Below, one piece after another: positions 1-6,760 of a DNA stretch of 24,218 nucleotides (position 1 is its first letter; each line of letters opens with the position of its first letter). The translations under genes and the position numbers were made by a program. Source of the DNA: a virus (Duplodnaviria; Caudoviricetes); IMG/VR virus record IMGVR_UViG_3300035676_000046, positions 1 through 24,218 of that record, one strand, 5' to 3'. The notes under the pieces are model-generated. The model was not told where the DNA came from, did not search any database, and worked only from the letters and a program-made list of their open reading frames with translations.

Positions 1-178
1 ATTTTTGTTCGATGTTTTTAATTAGCACTATGCTTAGTAGTGCTGAGATACACATACACGCCCATAGGAACGTGAATTGAAATTGTGTTAATGTTTGACA
101 TTCCCTAATCATTAGGGCAAACGACGTGAAGCATAGTAGTGCTAATCCCGTCAAGATGAAGTAAAGAATTGGTTTCAT
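1..178 (-). CDS. Small two-TM membrane protein, 3'-truncated by the window edge (not in ORF track)
   Basis: ATG at 178-176 after an A-rich leader; reads MKPILYFILTGLALLCFTSFALMIRECQTLTQFQFTFLWACMCISALLSIVLIKNIEQK with no stop; two hydrophobic segments. Confidence 0.65.
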   Translation of the reverse strand, partial: MKPILYFILTGLALLCFTSFALMIRECQTLTQFQFTFLWACMCISALLSIVLIKNIEQK

Positions 179-195
179 TTGATTTTAGTTTTTAT

Positions 196-219
196 GGGAG
201 TGTACCCGAGTACACTCCC
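196..219 (-). repeat. Hairpin GGGAGTGTAC-TCGG-GTACACTCCC (copy of dispersed motif)
   Basis: Perfect 10-bp inverted repeat with 4-nt loop just 3' of ORF 236..844; no U-tract on the minus strand. Confidence 0.85.
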
Positions 220-235
220 GATTAGATTTATTTGA

Positions 236-844
236 TTAAGATAGTTTTGATTGCAAGAATGCGATTGCTAATTGAATCTCCTCAGCCGTTGAGCCTTCAA
301 CACTTCCGTCAGCCTTGATGCGAACACTGATATTTTTACCCCCGTCGATATCAGCACGACGGAATGACATTGTGAAGATACATTTAGCGTTCTCTTCTGA
401 GCCTTCACCTTCACCTTCACCCTCAGCACCCTCAGTAACATCTTCACCCTTTGCCCATTTGATGAATGTCTTTAGTGAGCGACTTACACCCTTATCTTTA
501 TTTTCATCTACATATGCGTTGAACTCTTCTAACTTTTCATCTCCTAACTTTGCACACTTGATAAGACGATATGCGAATGATTTTTGTATGCCGAACGTCT
601 TCTGAAAGAATTCTTCTTTCTTCCAAGCCAAGCCCGACTCAGTAAGTAATCTTTTGCCCGTCTCAGACTCGAAGTTCTGTTCTGCTTCGTGAATGATTTT
701 TGCGTACTCAATTGACTGAGCAAATCTCTTTTTGTCGCTCGTTTCAATTTTACTTTGTAATTGTTTTGCTTCTTTGATTTTGAAGAAGTTCTTTGTTGTT
801 TCTTGATTCAAGAATGCAGTTTCGATAGTCATTAAATTTGTCAT
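236..844 (-). CDS. Hypothetical early protein, possible HTH DNA-binding (DUF3102-like pattern)
   Basis: 202-aa ORF with A-rich start context; segment WKKEEFFQKTFGIQKSFAYRLIKCAKL resembles an HTH; acidic GEGEGEG linker. Confidence 0.7.
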   Translation of the reverse strand: MTNLMTIETAFLNQETTKNFFKIKEAKQLQSKIETSDKKRFAQSIEYAKIIHEAEQNFESETGKRLLTESGLAWKKEEFFQKTFGIQKSFAYRLIKCAKLGDEKLEEFNAYVDENKDKGVSRSLKTFIKWAKGEDVTEGAEGEGEGEGSEENAKCIFTMSFRRADIDGGKNISVRIKADGSVEGSTAEEIQLAIAFLQSKLS

Positions 845-898
845 AACTTTTTGGTTTTTTAAATTGTTTTTTTAAATTGATTAATTTGTTTATTGATT

Positions 899-914
899 GT
901 GTACCCGAGTACAC
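899..914 (-). repeat. Hairpin GTGTAC-TCGG-GTACAC (copy of dispersed motif)
   Basis: Identical to the 16-bp core at 200-215. Confidence 0.85.
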
Positions 915-917
915 TCT

Positions 918-988
918 GAGACGGGAAGCCGACTCGAACGGCTTTGCTTGTACGTTACACCCATACACGCAGTTCCTAACACCCGTCT
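918..988 (-). ncRNA. tRNA-like structured RNA (non-canonical)
   Basis: Minus strand: 7-bp closing stem AGACGGG/CCCGTCT; T-arm AAGCCG-TTCGAGT-CGGCTT; mini D-arm GTT-AGG-AAC; stem TGTATG/CGTACA with 7-nt loop GGTGTAA; no encoded CCA and no U33. Confidence 0.55.
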
Positions 989-1195
989 GTCACTTTACAC
1001 GTTAACCTTATGCGTTCTCCCGACATTCGCTCCAATCCGTTGATGAGCAATTTATAACCGACGTTCAGCGACGGCTTCGAGGCAGTAACTAAACTGCTGA
1101 GGTGTATAACTTACTCCGTTATTTTTGCACCATTTCACTACTTGCATAACTACACCTTTATCCGTTCGACGTTCGGGGAACGGGATGTAGAAGTA

Positions 1196-1206
1196 TTTCA
1201 AAGAAC
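1196..1206 (-). promoter_or_regulatory. boxA-like antitermination element GTTCTTTGAAA
   Basis: Resembles rrn/lambda boxA (GCTCTTTA-type); lies at the 5' end of a structured untranslated leader. Confidence 0.4.
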
Positions 1207-1354
1207 CAACTAAAGAGGGCAGTGTTTTTTACCTTGTCAGTAACACCTTTAAGTTAAGTAACCCCTTCTTACACATTTCAACCCCTCAGAACGACATAAC
1301 GATTATCAATCATTACGAGTGTAAAAGTAATACATTTTATTTACATATCAATAG

Positions 1355-1362
1355 CAAAAGTA
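1355..1362 (-). promoter_or_regulatory. Bacteroidota -7 promoter box (TACTTTTG) for the leftward unit
   Basis: Matches TAnnTTTG in an AT-rich stretch upstream of the leader; a variant TACTTTTA lies at 1329-1322. Confidence 0.5.
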
Positions 1363-1579
1363 AGTTTTTTTATTACTTTATTAACAATTGTGTGTAATAC
1401 TAATGTATTGAAAATGAATAAGTTACGTATTAATTGAGTTTTAAATTGTTAATAACCTCAATTTACCCTAAAAAATTAACGTCAGATTTCGTTAGAGGGG
1501 AGGCTAAACAATAGCCTAAGCAGTGAGCAGTGTAATAGCAGTGAATGATTATATATATTGCTTTCGATATATAATTCAT

Positions 1580-1610
1580 CAATATATATTCACGAATTGA
1601 ATATATATTG
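1580..1610. repeat. 13-bp AT-rich inverted repeat
   Basis: CAATATATATTCA-cgaat-TGAATATATATTG. Confidence 0.85.
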
Positions 1611-1614
1611 CAAG

Positions 1615-1630
1615 GTGTACTCGAGTACAC
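1615..1630. repeat. Perfect 16-bp palindrome GTGTACTCGAGTACAC
   Basis: Seen directly; one base differs from the dispersed hairpin core. Confidence 0.9.
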
Positions 1631-1634
1631 TTAC

Positions 1635-1753
1635 GGGAACGAATGACCAAACGTGGAACGAATGACCGAACGTGGAACGAATGACCGAACGGGGACGGCT
1701 GTCTCGTTTTGGGAAGGATGTACCACTATGGGAGGGGTGTACCACTATGGGAA
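1635..1753 (+). repeat. 19-bp-period tandem array (iteron-like)
   Basis: 3x GGAACGAATGACCRAACG(T/G) and 2x GGGARGGRTGTACCACTAT; (G/T)GGA recurs at 1635, 1654, 1673, 1692, 1711, 1730 and 1749. Confidence 0.85.
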
Positions 1754-1883
1754 AAGCCAAAATCCGTTTCCTAACGGCTTCGATGTTACCCCCACCCCCG
1801 ATTTTTATTTCCGTTTTCTTTTTGGGGCTCGGCAACGCAAAACGCTATAGTACCCAAACACTCTACACATCTGATATTTTTAT

Positions 1884-1891
1884 TATCTTTG
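1884..1891 (+). promoter_or_regulatory. Bacteroidota -7 promoter box TATCTTTG
   Basis: TAnnTTTG 24 nt before ATG 1916. Confidence 0.65.
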
Positions 1892-1915
1892 CCACATACG
1901 TATAAAACCAAAGTT

Positions 1916-2179
1916 ATGATAACAAAAAGATTCAAAAACGCAAACCTATCCAACAGCATCTATCAGCAGAAGGGTGCAGGTATTGGATTAACAGTTAACG
2001 ACGGTATGTTGGTTAACAATCGCCTTGACAGCACAACGGGTATTCAGAAGGCTTGTGAACTTAACAAGATGAAGAAGGTGGCTCAAAAGGTTGAGGTAAT
2101 GAAGACTGCGATGACAGCTTCAAGGATGGAGTGCGACCATATGGATGGTATGTACTCAGGTCCAAGTTTAAAATATTAG
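1916..2179 (+). CDS. Hypothetical protein (87 aa; start moved from TTG 1889 to ATG 1916)
   Basis: ORF lies between a promoter box and a terminator; the TTG 1889 start falls inside the promoter box. Confidence 0.75.
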   Translation: MITKRFKNANLSNSIYQQKGAGIGLTVNDGMLVNNRLDSTTGIQKACELNKMKKVAQKVEVMKTAMTASRMECDHMDGMYSGPSLKY

Positions 2180-2204
2180 TGTCCCGTTCTTTTTTGATTT
2201 GTGT

Positions 2205-2231
2205 AGGGAGGTGTGATTAGCCTCCCTTTTT
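2205..2231 (+). terminator. Intrinsic terminator
   Basis: AGGGAGG-N9-CCTCCCT followed by a T-run. Confidence 0.75.
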
Positions 2232-2284
2232 CGTGCTCTCAAAATTTTAATTTTGAGTTTGACTTCTAATTTTTCTATTATTTT

Positions 2285-2383
2285 ATGTCAATTATCTATT
2301 TATAATGTCTTTTTAATGTCGATTTAATGTCGAAAATAAAGATATAACTAATTGATTATTAATATTAATGTCGAAAATGTCGA
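2285..2383 (+). repeat. Six ATGTC(GA) direct repeats
   Basis: ATGTC at 2285, 2305, 2316, 2327, 2368 and 2377 in AT-rich intergenic DNA. Confidence 0.75.
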
Positions 2384-2500
2384 TTTTAAGAATGAACTGT
2401 ATTCAAAGAAAAATATAATAAAGGGAGGAATAATAGAGAGAGAATAGGGAATATTGAAATTCGGTATGAATCTGACATTTCCTAAAAACCCCAATGATTA

Positions 2501-2531
2501 TTTGGTTTTAGGAAAAAGTTAATTATGTTTG
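2501..2531 (+). promoter_or_regulatory. groEL promoter, full Bacteroidota consensus
   Basis: TTTG (2501-2504)-N19-TATGTTTG (2524-2531), 24 nt before ATG 2556. Confidence 0.75.
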
Positions 2532-2555
2532 CATCAAATTAAATCGAATCAAAAA

Positions 2556-4163
2556 ATGAATCAAGCAGGATACAGCCCAAAGGACCTGAGCTTTGGACAG
2601 GAAGGTCGTCAGAAACTAATCAGTGGCATCAGCAAGATGGCATCGGCAGTAAAGAGCACATTAGGACCGGGAGGCAACACGGTGGTCATTGAATCACCAC
2701 ACCACACACACGGAATTACGGTAACGAAGGATGGGGTCACGGTAGCGAAGGCTATTGACTTGATTGACCCGGTTGAGAACCTTGCAGTCAAGATGATGCG
2801 TGAGGCAGCAGACCGAACGGCAACGAGTGCCGGTGACGGGACTACGACAGCTATCGTCCTTACGGAGGCTTTGGTTAAGGCAGGGGACACGATGATTGCA
2901 TCTGATGACAATCGAACGGAGGTCCTACGCAGTATGGTGGACATAACGACAAGGGTGGTGGAGAAGTTAAAGCAGGGCAGCAAGAAGGTCAGCAAGTCAA
3001 TGCTGTCGGACATTGCAACCATCTCGGCTAACAACGACCCATTGATTGGTGGTATCATAGCAGATGTGTATAAGAAGGTCGGCAGTAACGGTATAGTGAC
3101 CGTAGAACGAAGCCAAACGGCTGAGACATACTCAGAGGTCACAAAAGGATTAAAGGTCAACAGAGGTTTCCTTTCGCCCCTCTTCGTGAACAATCAACGC
3201 AAGGATGAGTGTATCCTTGAGGATGTGATGATTTTGGTGGCTGATATGGAGATAGCGAACATACTTCAGTTGGAGATGGTATTGAAGCCAATCATCAGCG
3301 AAGGCAAGAAGCTATTGATTATCTCTCCGTGCAACACGAACGTGGTAAACACATTGGCAGCCAATGTGATTAAGGGAAACCTAAAGGTGTGTGCTATCGC
3401 ACCACCGAACTTTGGATACAAGCAACACGAGCTGATGCAGGACATTGCTATCAGCGTGGGTGCTACCTACTACAGCGAGAAGACGGGTGATGACCTAAGC
3501 CATATTAACTTTGGTGACTTAGGACACGCAGCGAAGGTGATTGTTGGTTCGGACAGCACGGTGATTATTAAGTCGGACGTTCGTTCAAAGCAGGACAAGA
3601 TTGAGGAGCGAGTAAGCCAACTGTGGGAGGCACACAAGATTGCTAATAAGAAGGCTGACAAGGACTTTATCTTGGAGCGTATTGCTTCATTGACGGGTGG
3701 TATTGGTGTAATCCACGTGGGTGGTAACACCGACCTTGAGCAGAAGGAGTTGTATGACCGAGTGGACGATGCAGTATGTGCTGTACGTTCAGCGTTAGAG
3801 GAGGGCATCGTGCCGGGAGCAGGGAAGGCATTGTACGATATCAACGTCAATGACTTAGGTCTTGATTTGAACACCCGTGAGACATCAGTGGCTTTAATGA
3901 TTATGGCTGAGGCATTGAGGTCTCCGTTAAAGCAGATACTTGCAAATGTTGGATTAGACGCTCAGATTGTGTACGGTGGCATCATCCATAAGGGTGTTGG
4001 GTACAACCTGAAGACGGGCGAGGTTGGTAACCTAATTGAGATGGGGGTTATTGACCCGTTGAAGGTAACACGCTCGGCATTAGAGAACGCAGTGAGTGTG
4101 GCTGTAACGATACTTAGTACGAACGCAATAGTAACAATGGCAAGAAGTTATGAGAATGCTTGA
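2556..4163 (+). CDS. groEL: Phage-encoded chaperonin GroEL (Cpn60), 535 aa
   Basis: TLGPGG, VTKDGVTVAK, AGDGTTTA, ISANND, DRVDDAVCAVRSALEEGIVPGAG and GVIDPLKV motifs; lacks the C-terminal GGM tail; start moved to ATG 2556. Confidence 0.97.
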   Translation: MNQAGYSPKDLSFGQEGRQKLISGISKMASAVKSTLGPGGNTVVIESPHHTHGITVTKDGVTVAKAIDLIDPVENLAVKMMREAADRTATSAGDGTTTAIVLTEALVKAGDTMIASDDNRTEVLRSMVDITTRVVEKLKQGSKKVSKSMLSDIATISANNDPLIGGIIADVYKKVGSNGIVTVERSQTAETYSEVTKGLKVNRGFLSPLFVNNQRKDECILEDVMILVADMEIANILQLEMVLKPIISEGKKLLIISPCNTNVVNTLAANVIKGNLKVCAIAPPNFGYKQHELMQDIAISVGATYYSEKTGDDLSHINFGDLGHAAKVIVGSDSTVIIKSDVRSKQDKIEERVSQLWEAHKIANKKADKDFILERIASLTGGIGVIHVGGNTDLEQKELYDRVDDAVCAVRSALEEGIVPGAGKALYDINVNDLGLDLNTRETSVALMIMAEALRSPLKQILANVGLDAQIVYGGIIHKGVGYNLKTGEVGNLIEMGVIDPLKVTRSALENAVSVAVTILSTNAIVTMARSYENA

Positions 4164-4410
4164 TGAGATATTAGACTTCTATCCGGATGATGAGTTCCTT
4201 CAGATGGACGGATTTGAGGATGCATTGATTGGTGTTGACGAGAGGTCAATGTGTTTGGTGTACTCACAATCTAAGATTATAACGCAGTTGCTCAAGAGTA
4301 TGGACTACGAGACAGCCATTGAGCACTTTGGATACAATATTGCAGGAGCTTGGGTAGGCGATAAGACACCCATCATCGTGAACGATATGTTTTACACGGA
4401 AGGATTATGA
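4150..4410 (+). CDS. Small acidic phage hypothetical protein
   Basis: 86 aa, overlaps both neighbours; DGFEDALIG...AIEHFGYNIAGAWVGDKTP pattern is common in phage hypotheticals. Confidence 0.8.
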   Translation: MRMLDEILDFYPDDEFLQMDGFEDALIGVDERSMCLVYSQSKIITQLLKSMDYETAIEHFGYNIAGAWVGDKTPIIVNDMFYTEGL

Positions 4411-4667
4411 AACCAATAGGAAAGAATATAGTGATTAAGACCATCGATGAGGACGTAGTAACGGACTCAGGTCTTATTTTATCGGGCGATGATGCCAATC
4501 AGTTGAGATATAAGAAGGGATTGGTGGTAGCACCGGGCACTGACGTGAGCGTCATCAGCGAGGGCGATACCATCTACTACGACAAGGCTCACGGTTATAC
4601 GATGATTATTCGTGATATTCAGTACACGATTATTCAGGAGCGTGACGTTGTTGTTGTTTTGACTTAG
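4407..4667 (+). CDS. groES: Co-chaperonin GroES (Cpn10)
   Basis: MKPIGKNIVIK, mobile loop TDSGLIL, GLVVAPG, EGDTIYY and IIQERDVVVV motifs; near groEL. Confidence 0.9.
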   Translation: MKPIGKNIVIKTIDEDVVTDSGLILSGDDANQLRYKKGLVVAPGTDVSVISEGDTIYYDKAHGYTMIIRDIQYTIIQERDVVVVLT

Positions 4668-5073
4668 TCCTTAGATTCATAATAAAATTACGGTAGACCT
4701 TGTCGGTGTAGCTTACGTTACGCTTGAACATTGGGTTAGTTGTTTCTGAGGTAGGGATTTCCTTACCCTCAAGGATGCGATATACCTCTTCTACTAATCG
4801 AGTAGCTCGATAGGATAGGCTATACTTTATACGTCGCCCTACACGGAATGTTTTCATCCCTTCAATCCATCCCTCTTGATTTAATCGGTCAAATCTTTTT
4901 CTATCCCACGATAAGACGGAGTTAAACTCAGCGAACTTATCCTTTGTAAAGTATGGTTCGGTGTGGAGGAACAGCAGTATTTCTAAGTCTGATTGGGATA
5001 TATTGTACTTTACTTTTATATAATGGCGTACAATCCTCCAATATTTTAGGTAATCTGACTTTTTTGATTTCAT
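4630..5073 (-). CDS. MarR-like winged-helix DNA-binding protein
   Basis: ISQSDLEILLFL...RLNQEGWIE...RRIKYSLSYRATRLV fits a MarR/wHTH pattern; has its own promoter box at 5106-5099. Confidence 0.65.
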   Translation of the reverse strand: MKSKKSDYLKYWRIVRHYIKVKYNISQSDLEILLFLHTEPYFTKDKFAEFNSVLSWDRKRFDRLNQEGWIEGMKTFRVGRRIKYSLSYRATRLVEEVYRILEGKEIPTSETTNPMFKRNVSYTDKVYRNFIMNLRTKSKQQQRHAPE

Positions 5074-5130
5074 TTAATTTTATTTTATACATTTGTAGCA
5101 AATGTAATTCATTATGTCAAAAGAAACCAA
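5063..5130. promoter_or_regulatory. Overlapping divergent promoters forming palindrome TACATTTG-tag-CAAATGTA
   Basis: Plus: TTTG 5063-5066, N21, TACATTTG 5088-5095; minus: TTG 5130-5128, N21, TACATTTG 5106-5099. Confidence 0.7.
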
Positions 5131-5377
5131 CTCAAAAGAAAATACCGAAAAGAAGGACGAGGATGTAGCTGCTAAGAATAAAGACTTAGAGGCTTTGAGG
5201 AGTGAGGTAAATATTGTAAAGCAATATATGGCTAATAAAAATGCTAATGAAGCTAAGGAAAACAAGAAGACTGCTGAGGAAAATTATCAGAAGGGCAGAT
5301 TGTCTAAGAATATCAAGGGGCTTAGTGGATTAGAAGGATTAAATTTAGGATTAGGACAACAATCATTTAAAAAATAA
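5114..5377 (+). CDS. Hypothetical charged protein
   Basis: 87-aa ORF directly after the promoter; K/E/N rich. Confidence 0.75.
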   Translation: MSKETNSKENTEKKDEDVAAKNKDLEALRSEVNIVKQYMANKNANEAKENKKTAEENYQKGRLSKNIKGLSGLEGLNLGLGQQSFKK

Positions 5378-5380
5378 ATT

Positions 5381-5536
5381 ATGAAAAAAGCAACTCCAAG
5401 TTTACCTGCATCATCACGTATGCAGATGCCATCAGGTGGTGGTATGAAAGCACCTTCAATGCCAAAGGCAAAGAACAGCTCATTAAAGAAAGGCAGCAAG
5501 AAGATGGCTATGCCTAAGAAACCTTCAATGAAGTAA
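5381..5536 (+). CDS. Small K/M/P/S-rich basic protein (not in ORF track)
   Basis: MKKATPSLPASSRMQMPSGGGMKAPSMPKAKNSSLKKGSKKMAMPKKPSMK, 51 aa; fills the gap with 3-4 nt spacers. Confidence 0.75.
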   Translation: MKKATPSLPASSRMQMPSGGGMKAPSMPKAKNSSLKKGSKKMAMPKKPSMK

Positions 5537-5540
5537 TCAT

Positions 5541-5720
5541 ATGAAGAAGATGGCTGCAAAAAAGACTGCTGCGAAGAAAGCAATTTCTGAGTACGGTGGG
5601 ATGGAGAAATATCCATCAAAGAAAGCAATGATGGCTCACGAGAAGAAAGAGCCTAAGAAGATGGAGGCTGCTGAAAAGAAAGCCTTTATGAAAATGATGA
5701 TGATGAAAAAGAAAAAGTAA
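5541..5720 (+). CDS. Small K/M/A-rich basic protein (not in ORF track)
   Basis: MKKMAAKKTAAKKAISEYGGMEKYPSKKAMMAHEKKEPKKMEAAEKKAFMKMMMMKKKK, 59 aa; tight packing. Confidence 0.75.
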   Translation: MKKMAAKKTAAKKAISEYGGMEKYPSKKAMMAHEKKEPKKMEAAEKKAFMKMMMMKKKK

Positions 5721-5725
5721 TTATT

Positions 5726-6022
5726 ATGGCAACTCAAAAGAAAAAAGGAAGAGACTATCCGTTATCGGAGACTCCTGCACCTTATGCTTATCAAGCAGGT
5801 CCAAGAACAGACAACTCTAAGCAATTTGATAATTATGGAGAGATTTCAACATCCAAGAATGTATCAGGTTCTTATTACAGGTCATCTGAAAAAAATAAAG
5901 ATGAATTGAATAAAGAGTTAATGAAAGGTGGAAAAGCTAATAAAGATAAAGCTGAATATAGTAGAGGTAGTATGAGAGAAGATACTAAAATGGGTCATAC
6001 ATATAAAAGACAAGGAGATTAA
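5726..6022 (+). CDS. Hypothetical protein with RDYPLSxTPxP motif
   Basis: 98-aa ORF in a tightly packed operon. Confidence 0.75.
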   Translation: MATQKKKGRDYPLSETPAPYAYQAGPRTDNSKQFDNYGEISTSKNVSGSYYRSSEKNKDELNKELMKGGKANKDKAEYSRGSMREDTKMGHTYKRQGD

Positions 6023-6026
6023 TAAA

Positions 6027-6197
6027 ATGGCAAAATCAAAATCAACTGCTCCTGCTGTTGAAGAACCAACAGCAGAGGTAATCGAGACTCCAATCGAGGA
6101 GACAGTAGAAACTGCAACTGAAGAGACAGTAGCAGAGGAAGCAATTAATCCTTATGCTCAAGGAGCTTCAAGTCGTGACTTTTATACAGCACTGTAA
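6027..6197 (+). CDS. Small acidic E/T-rich protein (not in ORF track)
   Basis: MAKSKSTAPAVEEPTAEVIETPIEETVETATEETVAEEAINPYAQGASSRDFYTAL, 56 aa; TAATG coupling to the next gene. Confidence 0.75.
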   Translation: MAKSKSTAPAVEEPTAEVIETPIEETVETATEETVAEEAINPYAQGASSRDFYTAL

Positions 6198-6487
6198 TGG
6201 CTAATAAGTCAACTATGAAATGCAACCGTCCTGTCCCGTCTGATAGACCGGGAAAGAAGAAGATGGTTAAAGCCTGTAGTGGGGGAGAAGAAAAGCTCCT
6301 CCACTTCGGAGCTAAGGGCTACGGCAACAACTATTCTGCTGCTGCCCGTAAGAGCTTTAAGGCAAGACACGGTTGCGATACAGCGAACGACAAGCTAACG
6401 CCAAGATATTGGGCGTGTAAGAATCTATGGGCAGGACCGGGTGGTTCTACCACAAGTAATCCAAGTAATCGTAGAGGAAAATATTAA
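6197..6487 (+). CDS. Conserved viral basic protein (DUF5754-like pattern)
   Basis: KKKMV...LHFGAKGY...RKSFKARH...DKLTPRYWACKNLW; family name from memory. Confidence 0.7.
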   Translation: MANKSTMKCNRPVPSDRPGKKKMVKACSGGEEKLLHFGAKGYGNNYSAAARKSFKARHGCDTANDKLTPRYWACKNLWAGPGGSTTSNPSNRRGKY

Positions 6488-6489
6488 TT

Positions 6490-6756
6490 ATGCAAACTCA
6501 AAAGTTTATGGGTAGGGGTCAGTTGCTTGAGCGATTAACAGCTCAGGTAGGAGACCGTCAGAAAGCCATAGGCATCTTGCAGAAGCGAGGTCATCTTGAG
6601 GCAGACGGCAAGACCTATACTGAGGAAGGGATGAAGAGGAATATGATGACGGCTGAAGAAAGAGCTAAGGATAGGACTTCTAAGTATACGGGTCGTCCTG
6701 CTGAAGACTTTAATTATAATCCTAATACCAACGAAACGAGAGTTGTAAAATATTAA
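6490..6756 (+). CDS. Hypothetical protein
   Basis: 88-aa ORF, tight packing. Confidence 0.75.
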   Translation: MQTQKFMGRGQLLERLTAQVGDRQKAIGILQKRGHLEADGKTYTEEGMKRNMMTAEERAKDRTSKYTGRPAEDFNYNPNTNETRVVKY

Positions 6757-6760
6757 GACT

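Noticed and set aside
22-46. CIRCE-like TTAGCACTA-N7-TAGTGCTGA
   Set aside because: Spacer is 7 rather than 9, arms mismatch the consensus, it lies inside the 1..178 coding frame, and it is far from groEL
398-436. CCTTCA/CCCTCA hexamer repeats
   Set aside because: They simply encode the EGEGEG linker of the 202-aa protein
750-968. 72-aa minus-strand ORF
   Set aside because: Overlaps the tRNA-like fold, the hairpin and the start of the real 202-aa gene; no protein features
918-988. Canonical tRNA-Thr(TGT) or tmRNA
   Set aside because: No U33, truncated D-arm, 6-bp T-stem, no CCA, and no G3-U70 pair or tag ORF; kept only as tRNA-like
1040-1050. Hammerhead-like TGATGAG
   Set aside because: No CUGAUGA core or downstream GAAA with matching stems
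1635-1753. Mini-CRISPR array
   Set aside because: The constant part is only 4 bp, the 'spacers' are 15 bp and repeated, and no cas genes are present
1590-1905. Three short ORFs (81, 65 and 77 aa)
   Set aside because: They are translations of the tandem repeats, mutually overlapping, and upstream of the promoter box
2609-3874. Antisense ORFs of 194 and 134 aa, and similar shadow ORFs across terL, portal, scaffold and 23581-24112
   Set aside because: They are shadows of strongly supported plus-strand genes
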